Shown piece after piece: positions 63,415 through 64,000 of a stretch of 64,000 nt of DNA. Position numbers and translations under genes: made by a program. Under the pieces are notes generated by a model that was given only the letters and a program-made list of their open reading frames with translations, was not told the DNA's origin and searched no databases. The stretch is from Chrysomallon squamiferum (taxonomy: Eukaryota > Animalia > Mollusca), in contig CM022674.1 of assembly GCA_012295275.1 (NCBI GenBank), forward strand, positions 7,502,001 to 7,566,000. Reading direction: 5' to 3'. Position 1 is the first letter of the stretch. Every line of letters begins with the position of its first letter.

Positions 63415-64000
63415 TTGTGTAAACGTCAGAATAAATGAATGATGAGCTTTCGGTAACATCAGAAGCAAGCCACAGTTTAGTACATCAACTGTGTTACTAA
63501 AATATATTTTCTGTAAGAGTTTTAAATTTATTTTTTTTAATTTTATTTCACTTACATATTCGAATACATTACTTGTCTCAATAAAATATATTTTCTCTTA
63601 GAGTTTTTGCATACATTTTATTAATTATATTTTCGGAGTACACTACTTGTATTATTAAAAAAAAAAAAAAAAATTTCGAACAGTTTTTAAATTTATTTTA
63701 TTAATTTTATTGCATCTAAAAATTCGAATACATTACTTGTATTATTAAAAAAAAAAAAAAAAACAGTTTTTAAAATTTGTATTAGTAATTTTATTTCACG
63801 AAAACATATTTTCTGTAACAGTTTAAAAATTTCATTTTATTAATTATATTTCACTAAAATCTTCCAGTACGTTACTTCTATCACTAAAATTTCATTTCTG
63901 TAATACAGACCCCGCCCTTTCCTCCTCACTGCGTTAATTTGCTTCGTTGTTTCTTTTTTCTTTCTTTCTCCCACGTGCAGGGTAATATTTTATCTTATAT

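Overview
AT-rich, microsatellite-laden, intron-rich eukaryotic DNA from an invertebrate animal (mollusc-like by inference; the species cannot be determined from the sequence). Genes were reconstructed by hand from GT-AG junctions and codon phase. (1) The last two exons of D-glucuronyl C5-epimerase (GLCE). (2) An 18-exon gene at 14309-35417 that splices two complete bacterial-type GH20 chitobiase/beta-N-acetylhexosaminidase modules into one ~1738-aa protein, with a signal peptide and a GPI-like tail. It has one apparent 1-bp frameshift near 25844 and tandem arrays of copied splice sites in its introns. (3) A ~17-finger C2H2 zinc-finger gene on the minus strand. (4) A ~12 kb + ~9 kb tandem duplication with a TTA microhomology junction. 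It carries an uncharacterised type-I receptor (Cys-rich ectodomain, mucin stalk, Tyr-motif tail); copy A is intact, while copy B is disrupted and has a diverged ectodomain. (5) A secreted 6-Cys prepropeptide with an eclosion-hormone/proenkephalin-like Cys frame. Also present are several MITEs (Tc1/mariner, pogo/Tigger-like, hAT with an 8-bp TSD), a tRNA-like SINE head and many minisatellites. Most ORFs in the supplied track are simple-repeat artefacts.
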